Shown here piece by piece: positions 35,601 through 49,270 of a stretch of 64,000 bases of DNA. Numbering within the stretch: the first letter of the stretch is position 1; each line of letters begins with the position of its first letter. The stretch is from Leucoraja ocellata (lineage: Eukaryota), in contig JAWMAR010000005.1 in assembly GCA_036785375.1 (NCBI GenBank), forward strand, positions 19,654,001-19,718,000. Direction: 5' to 3'. Below the pieces are notes generated by a model. That model was not told where the DNA came from. It saw only the letters and a list, made by a program, of their open reading frames with translations, and searched no databases. The position numbers and the translations under genes are program-made.

Positions 35601-36742
35601 ATGTGTCTATGTGTCTATGTCTCTATGTCTCTATGTCTCTATGTCTCTATGTGTCTATGTGTCTATGTCTCTATGTGTCTATGTCTCTATGTGTCTATGT
35701 CTCTATGTGTCTATGTCTCTATGTCTCTATGTGTCTATGTCTCTATGTGTCTATGTCTCTATGTGTCTATGTCTCTATGTCTCTATGTGTCTATGTCTCT
35801 ATGTCTCTATGTGTCTATGTGTCTATGTCTCTATGTGTCTATGTCTCTATGTCTCTATGTCTCTGTGTCTATGTCTCTATTTCTCTATGTGTCTATGTCT
35901 CTATGTGTCTATGTCTCTATGTCTCTATGTGTCTGTCTCTATGTGTCTATGTCTCTATGTGTCTATGTCTCTATGTCTCTATGTCTCTATGTCTCTATTT
36001 CTGTGTCTATGTGTCTATGTCTCTATGTGTCTATGTGTCTATGTCTCTATGTCTCTATGTGTCTATGTGTCTATGTCTCTGTCTCTATGTGTCTATGTGT
36101 CTATGTCTCTAAGTGTCTATGTGTCTATGTGTCTATGTGTCTATGTGTCTATGTCTCTATGTGTCTATGTGTCTATGTGTCTATGTCTCTATGTCTCTAT
36201 GTGTCTATGTCTCTATGTGTCTATGTCTCCATGTGTCTATGTGTCTATGCCTCTATGTGTCTATGTGTCTATGTGTCTATGTCTCTATGTGTCTATGTGT
36301 CTATGTGTCTATGTGTCTATGTCTCTATGTCTCTATGTGTCTATGTGTCTATGTGTCTATGTGTCTATGTCTCTATGTCTCTATGTCTCTATGTGTCTAT
36401 GTGTCTATGTGTCTATGTCTCTATGTCTCTATGTGTCTATGTGTCTATGTCTCTATGTGTCTATGTCTCTATGTCTCTATGTGTCTATGTATCTATGTGT
36501 CTATGTGTCTATGTCTCTATGTCTCTATGTCTCTATGTCTCTATGTGTCTATGTGTCTATGTCTCTATGTGTCTATGTGTCTATGTCTCTATGTCTCTAT
36601 GTGTCTATGTGTCTATGTGTCTATGTCTCTATGTGTCTATGTCTCTATGTCTCTATGTGTCTATGTGTCTATGTCTCTATGTGTCTATGTCTCTATGTCT
36701 CTATGTGTCTATGTGTCTATGTCTCTATGTTTCTATGCTTCT
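32590..36742. repeat. ~4.1-kb 8-bp satellite (CTATGTGT/CTATGTCT)n
   Basis: Direct reading. Begins at the CR1 (TTTCTATG) tail. Internal gap at 33066-33213. Confidence 0.97.
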
Positions 36743-37095
36743 ATGGCCACCTGGTCGCAGGGGGGGGGTTGTGGTCTTCCTCGCCACCACGTCGTTCTGT
36801 ACATCAAACCGGGCGTAGAACATGTTCAGCGCATCAGGCAGAGAGGCATCGCTGTCACAGGCTGGTTTTGATTTCCTGAAATTGGTGATGGCTTGGATGC
36901 CTTGCCACGGCTTCAGTGTGTCCCTGCTGTCAATGAAGTGGCCGTGGATTTTCCTTGCATGCGCTCGCTTTGCTTCCCTGATGGCCCGGGACAGTTTGGC
37001 CCTCGCTGTTCTCAGGGCCTCCTTATCGCCTGCTCTGAAGGCAGTGTCTCGGGCTCTCAGCAGCGCACGTACCTCTGCAGTCATCCATGGTTTAC

Positions 37096-39205
37096 ATAGA
37101 AACATAGAAACATAGAAATTAGGTGCAGGAGTAGGCCATTCGGCCCTTCGAGCCTGCACCGCCATTCAATATGATCATGGCTGATCATCCAACTCAGTAT
37201 CCCATACCTGCCTTCTCTCCATACCCCCTGATCCCCTTAGCCACAAGGGCCACATCTAACTCCCTCTTAAATATAGCCAATGAAGTGGCCTCAACTACCC
37301 TCTGTGGCAGAGAGTTCCAGAGATTCACCACTCTCTGCGTGAAAAAAGTTCTTCTCATCTCGGTTTTAAAGGATTTCCCCTTTATCCTTAAGCTGTGACC
37401 CCTTGTCCTGGACTTCCCTAACATCGGGAACAATCTTCCTGCATCTAGCCTGTCCAACCCCTTAAGAATTTTGTAAGTTTCTATAAGATCCCCTCTCAAT
37501 CTTCTAAATTCTAGAGAGTATAAACCAAGTCTATCCAGTCTTTCTTCATAAGACAGTCCTGACATCCCAGGAATCAGTCTGGTGAACCGTCTCTGCACTC
37601 CCTCTATGGCAATAATGTCCTTCCTCAGATTTGGAGACCAAAACTGTACGCAATACTCCAGGTGTGGTCTCACCAAGACCCTGTACAACTGCAGTAGAAC
37701 CTCCCTGCTCCTATACTCAAATCCTTTTGCAATGAAAGCTAACATACCATTCACTTTCTTTACTGCCTGCTGCACCTGCATGCAAGAGTCAAGAGTATAT
37801 TTAATTGTCATTTGGACCCCTGGAGGTCCAAATGAAATGCCGTTTCTGCAGCCATACATTACACACAAATAGACCCCAGACACAACATAATTAAATTTTA
37901 CATAAACATCCATCACATAGCTGTGATGGAAGGCCAAATAAACTTATCTCTCCACTGCACTCTCTCCCCCCCGATGTCAGAGTCAAAGTCAAAGCCCCCG
38001 GCTGGCGATGGCGATTGTCCCGCGGCCATTAAAGCCACGCCGGGTGGTGCAAGGTCGCACACCGGGTCTTGATGTTGGAGACCCCGGTGTGCGCTCGCAA
38101 AGTCCCGCATTCCAAGCCGCGCGGGGCAGTGGTGCTAAGCCCCACTCCAGGAGCTCTTCGACCCCGCAACTCGGGCGGGAGAAGTCGCCGTTGCAGGAGC
38201 CCCGAAAAGCGGTCTCTCTCCAGGGACCCGCGGGCTCCCGGTGTCGTCGTCCGCAGACCCGGAGAAGCAGCCTGCGACTCAGCAGCAGCAGCAGCAGCGG
38301 CAGCGGAAACGCTCCTCCACCGCTCCACCCGCTCCGGTCTCGGCCAGCTCCGCGAAGGTGAGGTGAGTCGGCACCTGAGTCCCCGGCTTCTTCCTTTTGG
38401 AGGCCGCTCCTCGTTGCGACCCCAACGACAGCTGAGACCCGACGAGAAAAGGTCGGGTCTCCAGTGCAGGGAGAGATTCAAAAGTTTCCCCCCCCCTCCC
38501 ACCCCACCCCCACCCCCACACACACACCCCAACATAAAATAACAAAAACTACATAAAAACACAGACAAAAAATAATAAAAACGCGGACAGGCTGCAGAGG
38601 CCGCTGCTGACCAGAGTCGCGCCGCCTACCGGAAGGTAAATGCCTACCTTCAATGACTGGTGTACCATGACACCCAGGTCTCGCTGCATCTCCCCCTTTC
38701 CCAATCGGCCACCATTTAGATAATAGTCTGCTTTCCTGTTTTTGCCACCAAAATGGATAACCTCACATTTATCCACATTATACTGCATCTGCCAAACATT
38801 TGCCCACTCACCCAGCCTATCCAATTCACCCTGCAGTCTCCTAGCATCCTCCTCACAGCTAACACTGCCCCCCAGCTTAGTGTCATCCGCAAACTTGGAG
38901 ATATTGCCTTCAATTCCCTCATCCAGATCATTAATATATATTGTAAATAGCTGGGGTCCCAGTACTGAGCCTTGGGGTACCCCACTAGTCACTGCCTGCC
39001 ATTGTGAAAAGGACCCGTTTACTCCTACTCTTTGCTTCCTGTTTGCCAGCCAGTTCTCTATCCACATCAATACTGAACCCCCAATGCCGTGTGCTTTAAG
39101 TTTGTATACTAATCTCTTATGTGGGACCTTGTCGAAAGCCTTCTGGAAGTCCAGATACACCACATCCACTGGTTCTCCCCTATCCACGCTACTAGTTACA
39201 TCCCC
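37096..39205 (-). mobile_element. CR1 RT/3' end, itself split by an insertion at ~37783-38638
   Basis: ORFs 37194-37937 and 38549-39187 are collinear with the uninterrupted copy at 27-28.2 kb. The insert has a (CAAGAGT) tail and LINE 3'-UTR-like sequence. Confidence 0.9.
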
Positions 39206-39891
39206 TTACTGTTGGGGACGTGTGGTGATGAGCTCAGTGACAGTAATGTCATCAATGTACTTACTGATGTAACCAGTCACTGTTGCCGTGTACTCCTCCA
39301 AGCCAGTGGTGCCGCCGGTGGTTGCTGCCTCCCTAAACATGTGCCAGTCAATGCAATCCTGGAGAGCAGAGATGGCTCCTGCTGGCCAGGTCTTCACCTG
39401 TTTCTTAGCTGGTCTGGAGCATCTGACAAGCAGTCTGTATGCTGGGATCAGCATGACAGAGATGTGGTCTGAGTATCCGAGATGGGGGCGTGACTCCACC
39501 CTGTACGCACTGGGTATATTGGTGTAAACAAGATCTAGCACCTTCTCCCCTCTCGTTGCAAAGTCCACATGTTGGTAACATTTAGGAAGCACAGTTTTGA
39601 GATTTGCACGGTTGAAATCTCCTACGGCAATAAACAGTCCTTCTGGGTGTGTGTTTTGTAGATTGCATAAAGCTCCATACAGTACAGTACAGCTAGTGTT
39701 TCCTTAGCATTAGCACTGGGGGGGATGTGAACAGCAACAATGAGCACTGTGGTAAACTCCCGTGGCAAATAAAAAGGTCTACATCTCACAATCGCATTCT
39801 CCACCAGCAATGAACAGAACTTGGAGACTAAGACAGAGTTGTTGCACCAGTCAGTGTTGATGTAAACACACAGGCCACCACCTCCTGTCTT

Positions 39892-40792
39892 ACCGCGCAA
39901 CTCCCTTGTCAATTCTTCCCTTCCCTCCCGCACCACCCCCTCCCCGGGCACTTTCCGTTGCAACCTCAAGAAATGCAACACCTGTCCCTTCACGCCCCCC
40001 CTCGACTCCATTCAAGGACCCAAGCAGTCGTTCCAGGTGTGACAAAGGTTCACCTGTATCTCCTCCAACCTCATCTACTGCATCCGCTGCTCTAGGTGTC
40101 AGCTGATTTACATCGGGGAGACTAAGCGGAGGTTGGGCGATCGTTTCGCCGAACACCTCCGCTCAGTCCGTAATAACCTACCTGAACTCCCGGTGGCTCA
40201 GCACTTCCCCTCCCATTCCCAATCCGACCTCTCTGTCTCCTCCATTGCCAGAGTGAGCAACACTGGAAATTGGAGGAACAGCACCTCATATTCCGCCTGG
40301 GTTGCTTGCAGCCAGATGGCATGAACGTTGAATTCTCCCAGTTTTGCTAGCCCTTGCTGTCTCCTCCCCTTCAGATTCAGATTCAGATTCAGATTCAATT
40401 TTAATTGTCATTGTCAGTGTACAGTACAGAGACAACAAAATGCATTTAGCATCTCCCTTGAAGAGCGACATAGCAAACGATTTGAATTAAAAAAAAAAAA
40501 AGAATAATAAGTGTCCGGGGGGGGGGGGGGGGGGGTGGTGATTGGCAGTCACCGAGGTACGTTGTTTAGTAGAGTGACAGCTGCCGGAAAGAAGCTGTTC
40601 CTCGACCTGCCTTAACCATCGAGCTGTCTCCTCCCATCCCCCCGCCCTCGGGCTCCTCCTCCCTTTTTCCTTCCTTCTGCCCCCCACCCCCCATCAGTCT
40701 GAAGAAGGGTTTCAGCCTGAAACTTCGCCTATTTCCTTCGCTCCATAGATGCTGCTGCACCCGCTGAGTTTCTCCAGCATTTTTGTGTACCT
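39892..40792 (+). mobile_element. Penelope GIY-YIG 3' fragment, split by a LINE tail (40371-40610)
   Basis: Homologous to 25825-26570 (IYIGETKRRLGDRFAEH). (TCAGAT)n-tailed insert. Confidence 0.85.
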
Positions 40793-43700
40793 GTGATGGG
40801 TCTCTGTCGGCTCGGTGCGAGACTAGCCCGGCTAGCTGAATGGCCACGTCCGGGACTCGATCGTTGAGCCATGTCTCAGTAAAACACAGACACAGCAGTC
40901 CCTAGTCTCTCGCTGTGTACTCCTCTGTAGTTGGATGTTGTCCAGTTTGTTTTCCAGGAAGCGGACGTTGGAGAGTAGGATAGATGGGAGAGCTGGCCGA
41001 CCAGCTAGCATTATCTCTCAGCCTAGCACGGACACCCTCTCTCTTGCCCCGTTTCTGCCTCCTCTTTGCCTGCCCAACCTTGCCCTGAGCTCAGGCCCTT
41101 CAAATCCTTGTCGTTAAAAGTATTGCTGTGAGATTAAGGGTGGGATGAAGGTGGTGGGAGATTTTGAATCATTAGTGGTGTATTAATTTGAATTGTCTGA
41201 CTTTGTCAATCTGTCAGGACCGGAACTGTATGGAGATGGGATGCAGGTAAGGACCCGTTTAGAACCACCTCTGGTTTCAGACCAATAAATGTTTGGAGGA
41301 GAAAGTATTTTCCTGATTATTCTTGGTTTAAAATACTAGAATTCACGGTGCTGGAATCTTGAGGGAGAAAAAAGTCTGCTGGAGTAAACCAGTGGGTCAG
41401 GCAACATCTGGAAGGAATGGACCAATGAAGTATCAGGTCAGAAGCCTTCAGCTTGATGGAGCAAAGGGAGAAAGCTGGGAAAGTGAGGTGGGGCAATAGT
41501 CTAGCAAGTGATGGCTGGATGCAGGTGGGGGGGAGAGGAAATTGCCAGATGGGTGGAACACCAAAACATCGTGTACTGCCCAGGTGAGGTCAGCCACGTG
41601 ATTTTACCAGGTTTTATGCAAAACAAAGCATTTCATTGTTTCACATGGTACATGTGACAAAAAATAATTGAATCAGTAAGTGACAAAGGCTAAAGGTGTA
41701 AAAGTCAAAGTCAATTGTATTCGTTACATGCACCCAAAGGTGCAGTGAAATAAATTTGCCAGCAGCGATACACTTAAAAAGAACACACAGTACACAATAG
41801 AATTTAACACAAAACATCCAGCACAGCATTCTTCACTGTGGCGAAAGGCAACAAGGTTCAGTCAGTCCTCCTCCTTTGTTCATCCGTGGTCGGGGCCATG
41901 AACCCTCTGTCGTCGCCGCTATGATTTATGAACATCTCAGAAGGAGAAAGCAAGGTGTGAACTGTAAACCTGGTAGAAGGAATATTAGTGCAATGGGATA
42001 GGATGGGGAAAAGGGATGAATGTACTGGGGACTCTCCCTTTCCCCGCATCACCCATTCATCCTGCACCTTCCCCTCTTTCCACACTCATCTCCCATCCCT
42101 GACATTCATCTTTGCCTCTTTACCCTTCGACCCATATCCCGCCCTCCAGCTTCACATCTCTCTCTCCTCATCTAAACCTTGTGTCTCCTCTTCACCTCTC
42201 GCCTTTGTCATTGCTCCACCAAGTGCCAATTGCTTGTATTTGTTGTCTGAAGGACAGCCTCTACCTGAAACATCACCCATTCCTTCTCTCCCATGATGCT
42301 GCCCGTCTCACTGAATTACTCCAGCATTTGTGTCTATCCACATCACTTGCCCACTTTTGTCCTGCTCCCACATCTTTCCAGATTTCTCCACTACTCTCTC
42401 AGTCTGAAGGATCCCAACCTGAAACATCTGTCAGGCAGATGGTGCCTGACCAACTGAGTACATCCAGCATTCTTTGTAGACTTTGTAGACTTCTTTATAT
42501 TCCCTAAAGTAATCCTAGTTGGTTCCTGTTGCAGTGAAAGTAGTTTAGTGTTCATGACACTTGTTTTAAGTGTCAATACAAATTAAGTAATCCTGCATTC
42601 CATTCACCATACTGCTTTTTTTTTGGAATAGGTCTAAATCTATTTGGTTTAGTATGTTTGTGTCAGTGTTGCCAGAATACATCTCCTCTCCCCTCTGCTC
42701 TTTGAAGGATCTCCAAAGACTGGAATCTCTGCTTTTTATTTTAATATTTATTTTATTGTACAAGGAGAAAGTCATCGACATAGCAATTATACAATGTTCG
42801 TAAGCTTCAATTTTAACATTTTATGAACTAAAAACTAAATCGGAAAAAAGAAAAATGAAAAGAAAGGAAAGGAAGAAGAAAAGAAAAAGAAAAGAAAGAA
42901 TTTTGTAAAAGACACGAGAGATAAAAAAGAAAAACCTCTGAACCAACGAAAAAGTGAAAAAAGCGGAGATTTATCCCACTACCCTTCCCTATGCCCGTTC
43001 ACCCGACCCTAGCGTCGGCTTTGAATGGAAGGAGGTTTTCAGGTGTCAGGGGACGGGAGGGGATAAAAGGAAATGAGATTTGGAGATGGGAATGAGCGTA
43101 TTAATTAAGGCAAACCCCCTCTTTCCCTGCACTCCCCACCCTGGTGTGCACCTCACTCAACGGTCTCCCTACCCCTTCCCCTCCTCTGTATACTCATCCC
43201 TGTCCCACATTCCCCTCTTTCCCCGATCCTTCCCCCTGGCTTTGCATGACACCTCTCTTCCCCTTGTTTGACACTCGTCTCCTCTTCACCTCTAGCCTTT
43301 GTCAGTACTCCACAATCTGCTAATCAGCCCCCAACTGTATCCAGAATCACTCACCAAGCTCTGTCCTGCTCTCGTCTCTTTCCAGCTTTCTCCCAAATAC
43401 ATCAGTCTGAATCAGCATCAGAGAATCAGAATGCTGTTTATTGTCATTGAAACATAGGTTCAAACAAAATTACTTTCCTGCAGTCATAACAACAAAAAAA
43501 CCAAAACACACAATTGACACAATTCCACACAAACATCCATCACAGTGAATCTCCAAATACTTCCTCACTGTGATGGAAGGCAAAAGTCTTATCTCTTGCC
43601 CACAGTCAAGCAGTCAAACTGCTGCATCGAGCTGATCGAGGCTCTTGATGTTAGAGGCCCCGGTGGGTAATGGTAAGTCCTGCGGCTGTTTAAGCCGCGC

Positions 43701-43937
43701 CAGGTGATGTAAGGCCCCGCTCCGGGTCGATTTATACCCCTCGATTCGGGCGGTCAAAGTTTGCCGTTGTGGATGATTAGCCATGATCACAGTGAATGGC
43801 GGTGCTGGCTCGAAGGGCCGAATGGCCTACTCCTGCACCTATTGTCTATTGTCTCAGGATCTAGTCTTTATGGAGATGACGTTAAGGTAAGGCCGCTGTT
43901 TCAAACCCTCTCTTGGGTTTCAGTGTTTGTGGAAAGA

Positions 43938-44125
43938 TTGGGCAGCACAGTGGTAGAGTTGCTGCCTCACAGCACCAGATACCTGGGTTTGAAACTGACA
44001 CCATGTGTTATCCGTACAGAGTTTAAATACTCTTCCTGTGACCAAGTATGTTTTCCACATATGTTCTGGGGTCCTCCCATACTCCAAAGATATCCAGATT
44101 TATAGTTTAATTGGTATTTCCTAAT
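43938..44125 (+). mobile_element. tRNA-derived SINE 5' part (HE1-like)
   Basis: GGCAGCACAGTGGTAGAGTTGCTGCCTCACAGCACCAGATACCTGGGTTTGAAAC, an A-box/B-box-like head. Confidence 0.65.
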
Positions 44126-44194
44126 TGGCATTAGGTATTTCCTAACATATTTCATTCGAGATTCTTTCAATTCAGGGTTCTGGAATCTTGTACA

Positions 44195-46759
44195 AAAACA
44201 ATAAACAATAGGTGCAGGAATCGGCCATTCAGTCCGTCGAGCCAGCACCGCCATTCAATGTGATCATGGCTGATCATCCCCAATCAGTACCCTGTTCCTG
44301 CCTTCTCCCCATATCCCCTGACTCCTCTATTTTTAAGAGCCCTATCCTGCTCTCTCTTGAAAGCATCTAGAGAACCTGCCTCCACCGCTCTCTGAGACAG
44401 AGAATTCCACAGACTCACAACTCTCTGTGAGAAAAAGTGTTTCCTCGTCTCCGTTCTAAATGGCTTACCCCTAATTGTGGGCCCTGGTTCTGGACTCCCC
44501 CAACATCGGGAACATGTTTCCTGCCTCTAGCGTGTCCAAACCCTTAACAATCTTACATGTTTCAATGAGATACCCTCTCATCCTTCTAAACTCCAGAGTG
44601 TACAAGCCCAGCTGCTCAATTATTTCAATATATGACAGCCCCGCCATCCTGGGAATTAACCTTGTAAACCTCCGCTGCAAGCCCTCAATAGCAAGAAAGT
44701 CCCTCTTCAAATTAGGGGACCAAAACTGCACACAATACTCCAGGTGTGGTCTCACTAGGGCTCTGTGCAACTGCAGAAGGACCTCTTTACTCCTCATTGT
44801 ACTTCCCCTTTTCCCAACTTGATGCCATTTAGATAGCAATCTGCCTTCCTGTTTTTGCTACCAAAGTGGATAACCTCACATTTTTCCGCATTAAACTTCA
44901 TCTGTCATGCATCTGCCCACTCCCCCAACCTGTCCAAGCCACACTGCATTCTCATAGCATCCTCCTCACAGTTCACACTGCCACCCAGCTTTGTGTCATC
45001 TGCAAATTTGCTAATGTTGCTTTGAATCCCTCCATCCAAATCATTGATGTATATTGTAAATAGCTGCGGTCCCAGCACCAAGCCTTGCGGTACCCCACTA
45101 GTCACTGCCTGCCATTCTGAAAGGGACCCGTTAATCCCTACTCTTTGTTTCCTGTCTGCCAACCACTTCTCTATCCATGTCAGCACTCTACCCCCAATAC
45201 CATGGGCCCTAATTTTGCCCACTAATCTCCTATGTTGGACCTTATCAAATGCTTTCTGAAAGTCCAGGTACACTACATCCACTGGCTCTCCCTTGTCCAT
45301 TTTCCTAGTTACATCTTCAAAAATGTCCAGAAGATTAGTCAAGCATGATTTCCCCACATGCTGACTCGGACCGAGCCTGTTTCTGCTATCCAATCTTCTA
45401 TAATTGACTCCAGCATCTTCCCCACCACCGGTGTCAGGCTAACTGGTCTGTAATTCCCCGTTTTCTCTCTCCCGCCTTTCTTAAAAAGTGGGATAACATT
45501 AGCTACCCTCCAATCCACAAGAACTGATCCCGAGTCTATAGAACATTGGAAAATGATCACCAATGCATCCACGATTTCTAGAGCCACTTCCTTAAGTACC
45601 CTGGGATGCAGACCATCAGGCCCTGGGGATTTATCACCCTTCAGTCCCATCAGTCTACCCAACACCATTTCCTGGCTAATGTGGATTTTCTTCAGTTCCT
45701 CCGTCACCCCAGATCCTCTGACCACCACTATATCAGGAACAACAGTGCTGGAGTAATTGGTGGGTCAGGCATCATCTGTGGAATAAATGGACACAATAGA
45801 CATTAGGTGCAGGAGCAGGCCATTCGGCCCTCAAGCCAGCACTGCCGTTCAATATGATCATGGCTGATCATCCCCAATGACACATAGAGACATAGACACA
45901 TAGGCACATAGACACATAGAGACATAGACACATAGACACATAAAAACATAGAAAATAGGTGCAGGAGGAGGCCATTCAGCCCTTTGAGCCAGCACCGCCA
46001 TTCATTGTAATCATGGCTGAACGTCCCCAATCAATAACCCGTGCCTGCCTTCTCCCCATATCACCCGACCACTATCTTTAAGAGCCCTATCAAGCTCTCT
46101 CTTAAAAACATCCAGATAATCGGCCTCCATTGCCCACTGATGCAGAGAATTCCACAGACTCACAACTCTCTGTGTGAAAAAGTGTTTCCTCATCTCCGTT
46201 CTAAATGGCTTACCCCTTATTCTTAAACTGTGGCCACTGGTTCTGGACTCCCCCAACATCGGGAACATGTTTCCTGCCTCTCACGTGTCCAAACCTGTAA
46301 TAATCTGATAAGATTATTCAGGGTTTCAATAAGATCCCCTCTCATCTTTCTAAATTCCAGAGTGTACAAGCCCAGCTGCTCCATTCTCTCAGTATATCAC
46401 AGCACCATCCCGGGAATTAACCTTGTAAACCTACGCTGCACTCCCTCAATAGCAAGAATGTTCTTCCTCAAATTAGGGGACCAAAACTGCACACAATACT
46501 CCAGGTGTGTTCTCACTAGGGCTCTGTACAACTGCAGAAGGACCTGTTTGCTCCTATACTCAACTCCTCTTGTTATGAAGGCCAACATGCCATTCGCTTT
46601 CTTCACTGCCTGCTGTACCTGCATGCTTACTTTAATTGGCTGATGAACAAGGACCCCCAGATCCCGTTGTACTTCCCCTTTTCCCAACTTGATAACATTT
46701 AGATAATAATCTGCCTTCCTGTTTTTGCTACCAAAGTGGATAACCTCATATTTATCCTC
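44195..46759 (-). mobile_element. Tandem degenerate CR1 3' halves and tails
   Basis: RT ORF pieces 44471-45728 and 46011-46687. Small (CATAGACA/CATAGAGA)n tail expansion at 45878-45950. Confidence 0.88.
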
Positions 46760-49270
46760 ATTTTACTTTGGAGTCACGTGAATGAATACATGAAGACCCC
46801 CGTCAGCCCGCATGCGCGTCATTCTGTCTAACGCATGGCGCTCTGACTGGCTGGCAAGCGCGTCGCTTCACCAGCGGTAAGTTTCAAAAGACCTCCAGGT
46901 AAGTTCTTCAACTTAGTCTGCGGTCGTTTTGTCTTCTGTCTTGTTACAGCAAGAACATCATGGATAAGGCGAGGGTGAAGTCTCGCAAGGAGAACCGCTT
47001 CGGAAGACCGCGGGAGTGCGGTCAGCGGGTGGCATTCCGTTTCACCATCGCGGTCGTTGACAGCGCAGTCAGCAACTTCGGGCTTGGTGCCCATGGAGAG
47101 CACTGTGGCTACCCTGTGGGCCAGGAAGGACAAGTCCAACAGGCCGGTTGACTCGGACGAGTCCGGCCGGGAGGGTTCGCCTCCTCCTACGGGGAGCATT
47201 GACGGACGCCTTTCCCGAGTGGAGCATCTTATGGAGAAGATACTCCAACATGATATGCTCCTCGGTCGGGAGACATATCACAGCGGGTCTCGGGGGCCCA
47301 CAGCAGCGCCTGGTGCAGGGCTGCATTATGTCTCCCCATCCAAGGATGGGAGTGTAGACCACCAGTCCTGGGCAGACTCGCATTGCACTGAGATGCGGGG
47401 AGAACGTTCGATAAGGGACCCGCGAGATGTGCATGTGCCAACCATTGTCTCCAAGTTTGCAATGTCGTAGCTGGTTGGGGAGCCGCTGGATGAAGAGCTG
47501 GCGGCCAGCATTAATTACCTTGCTTGCCACCAGCTTCAAGAGCAGGTGATGATGGAGACAGCCATGAGGTACCATGCGCCCAGCAACTGCGCCTCCCTCA
47601 AGGTACCGGCGGTGAACAGTTCCATCTGGAGCTACATTGGCCCAAGAGGTCAAATTACAGAGAATCCTGAACCTGCTAGCATCGGGGTGGACAGCTGTGG
47701 CCAGGTCGGTGGACAGCTGTGGCCAGGTCGGTGGACAGCTGTGGCCAGGTCGGTGGACAGCAGTGGCCAGGTCGGTGGACAGCAGTGGCCAGGTCGGTGG
47801 ACAGCAGTGGCCAGGTCTGTGGACAGCAGTGGCCAGGTCGGTGGACAGCAGTGGCCAGGTCTGTGGACAGCTGTGGCCAGGTCGGTGGACAGCAGTGGCC
47901 AGGTCTGTGGACAGCAGTGGCCAGGTCGGTGGACAGCTGTGGCCAGGTCGGTGGACAGCAGTGGCCAGGTCGGTGGACAGCTGTGGCCAGGTCGGTGGAC
48001 AGCAGTGGCCAGGTCGGTGGACAGCAGTGGCCAGGTCGGTGGACAGGTCGGTGGACAGCAGTGGCCAGGTCGGTGGACAGCTGTGGCCAGGTCGGTGGAC
48101 AGCAGTGGCCAGGTCGGTGGACAGCTGTGGCCAGGTCGGTGGACAGCAGTGGCCAGGTCGGTGGACAGCAGTGGCCAGGTCGGTGGACAGCAGTGGCCAG
48201 GTCGGTGGACAGCAGTGGCCAGGTCGGTGGACAGCAGTGGCCAGGTCGGTGGACAGCAGTGGCCAGGTCGGTGGACAGCAGTGGCCAGGTTGGTGGACAG
48301 CTGTGGCCAGGTCGGTGGACAGCAGTGGCCAGGTCGGTGGACAGCAGTGGCCAGGTCGGTGGACAGCAGTGGCCAGGTCGGTGGACAGCAGTGGCCAGGT
48401 TGGTGGACAGCTGTGGCCAGGTCGGTGGACAGCAGTGGCCAGGTCGGTGGACAGCTGTGGCCAGGTCGGTGGACAGCAGTGGCCAGGTCTGTGGACAGCA
48501 GTGGCCAGGTCGGTGGACAGCTGTGGCCAGGTCGGTGGACAGCTGTGGCCAGGTCGGTGGACAGCTGTGGCCAGGTCGGTGGACAGCTGTGCATTATCTG
48601 AGGTTCAACGGGACGCAATGGCATTGTTGTGTAATGCACAATTTGAAATGAATTGCTTTCGCAAGAATGCCATTCGTCCTGTTCTCAACCCCAAGTTTGC
48701 AGGGTTGTACAAGTCCAGTAATGTGCAGCCGCCCTATTTACTGTTTGGAGAAGACCTATCCAGGCAGGTGAAGGATCAGGACAACGAGTCGAAGGCTGTG
48801 GGGCTACTTTGAACTCCACCAGCAAACAGACAGTCATCGTTTCAACGCCAGCACCCGTATGCCTCGACCAGCACTAGACAGTCTGTGGGAACCACTATCA
48901 GCTCGAGGACTGAAAGAACCGGCAGGAAGTCTTTATTAGGACATGGCCCGAACCGGCCGACAGCCAAGATGCGCAGCTGGTGCATACCAGCACCTCAAAT
49001 CCCCAAACATCGGGGAAGGAAATAATGATCCAGAATCCAACTAACACGGAGGTAGGTGGGTCTGGTTCACTATGTAACATATGGGTTGTGGGTCTAACGC
49101 ATGTTGGTGGGAGGTTACGTTTCTTTTTGCATGAGTGGTGGTGGGTAACATCTGACTTGTTTAGACTGCACAGTATAGATGGGTTCCAAATAGAATTTGC
49201 TGGCTCACTGCCACCCATGCAGCATGCCCCAAACCGTACGGGAATAGTCCATCTGGAGCTACGGGAATAG
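46760..49270 (+). mobile_element. DIRS-type retrotransposon 5' part (terminus, gag, RT start), truncated
   Basis: Terminus ATTTTACTTTGGAGTCACGTG. gag motifs PSNCASLKVPAVN and FEMNCFRKNAIRPVLNPKF...LFGEDL. RT start VGGRLRFF..W...GFQIEF. Confidence 0.8.
47687..48590. repeat. 22-bp minisatellite inside DIRS gag
   Basis: (GTGGCCAGGTCGGTGGACAGCW)n, about 41 copies. Confidence 0.97.

Larger units (their letters stand above)
36745..41120 (-). mobile_element. Rex1/Babar LINE (endonuclease half) split by nested insertions
   Basis: Collinear pieces: FTETWL (40793-40980); GGGLCVYIN, CRPFYLPREF and SDHISV (39205-39890); [12 protein letters not shown] (36745-37095). Confidence 0.8.

Noticed and set aside
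32470-36879. Very long Cys/Met/Val/Tyr-rich ORFs (up to 1434 aa)
   Set aside because: These are translations of a stop-free 8-bp satellite in all three + frames, not a gene.
38008-38568. GC-rich ORFs with a poly-Ala/Ser (CAG) run
   Set aside because: They lie within a retroelement-derived insert that splits a CR1, and show no recognisable domain.
47546-48812. 310-391-aa repetitive ORFs on both strands
   Set aside because: By-product of the 22-bp minisatellite inside a broken DIRS gag.
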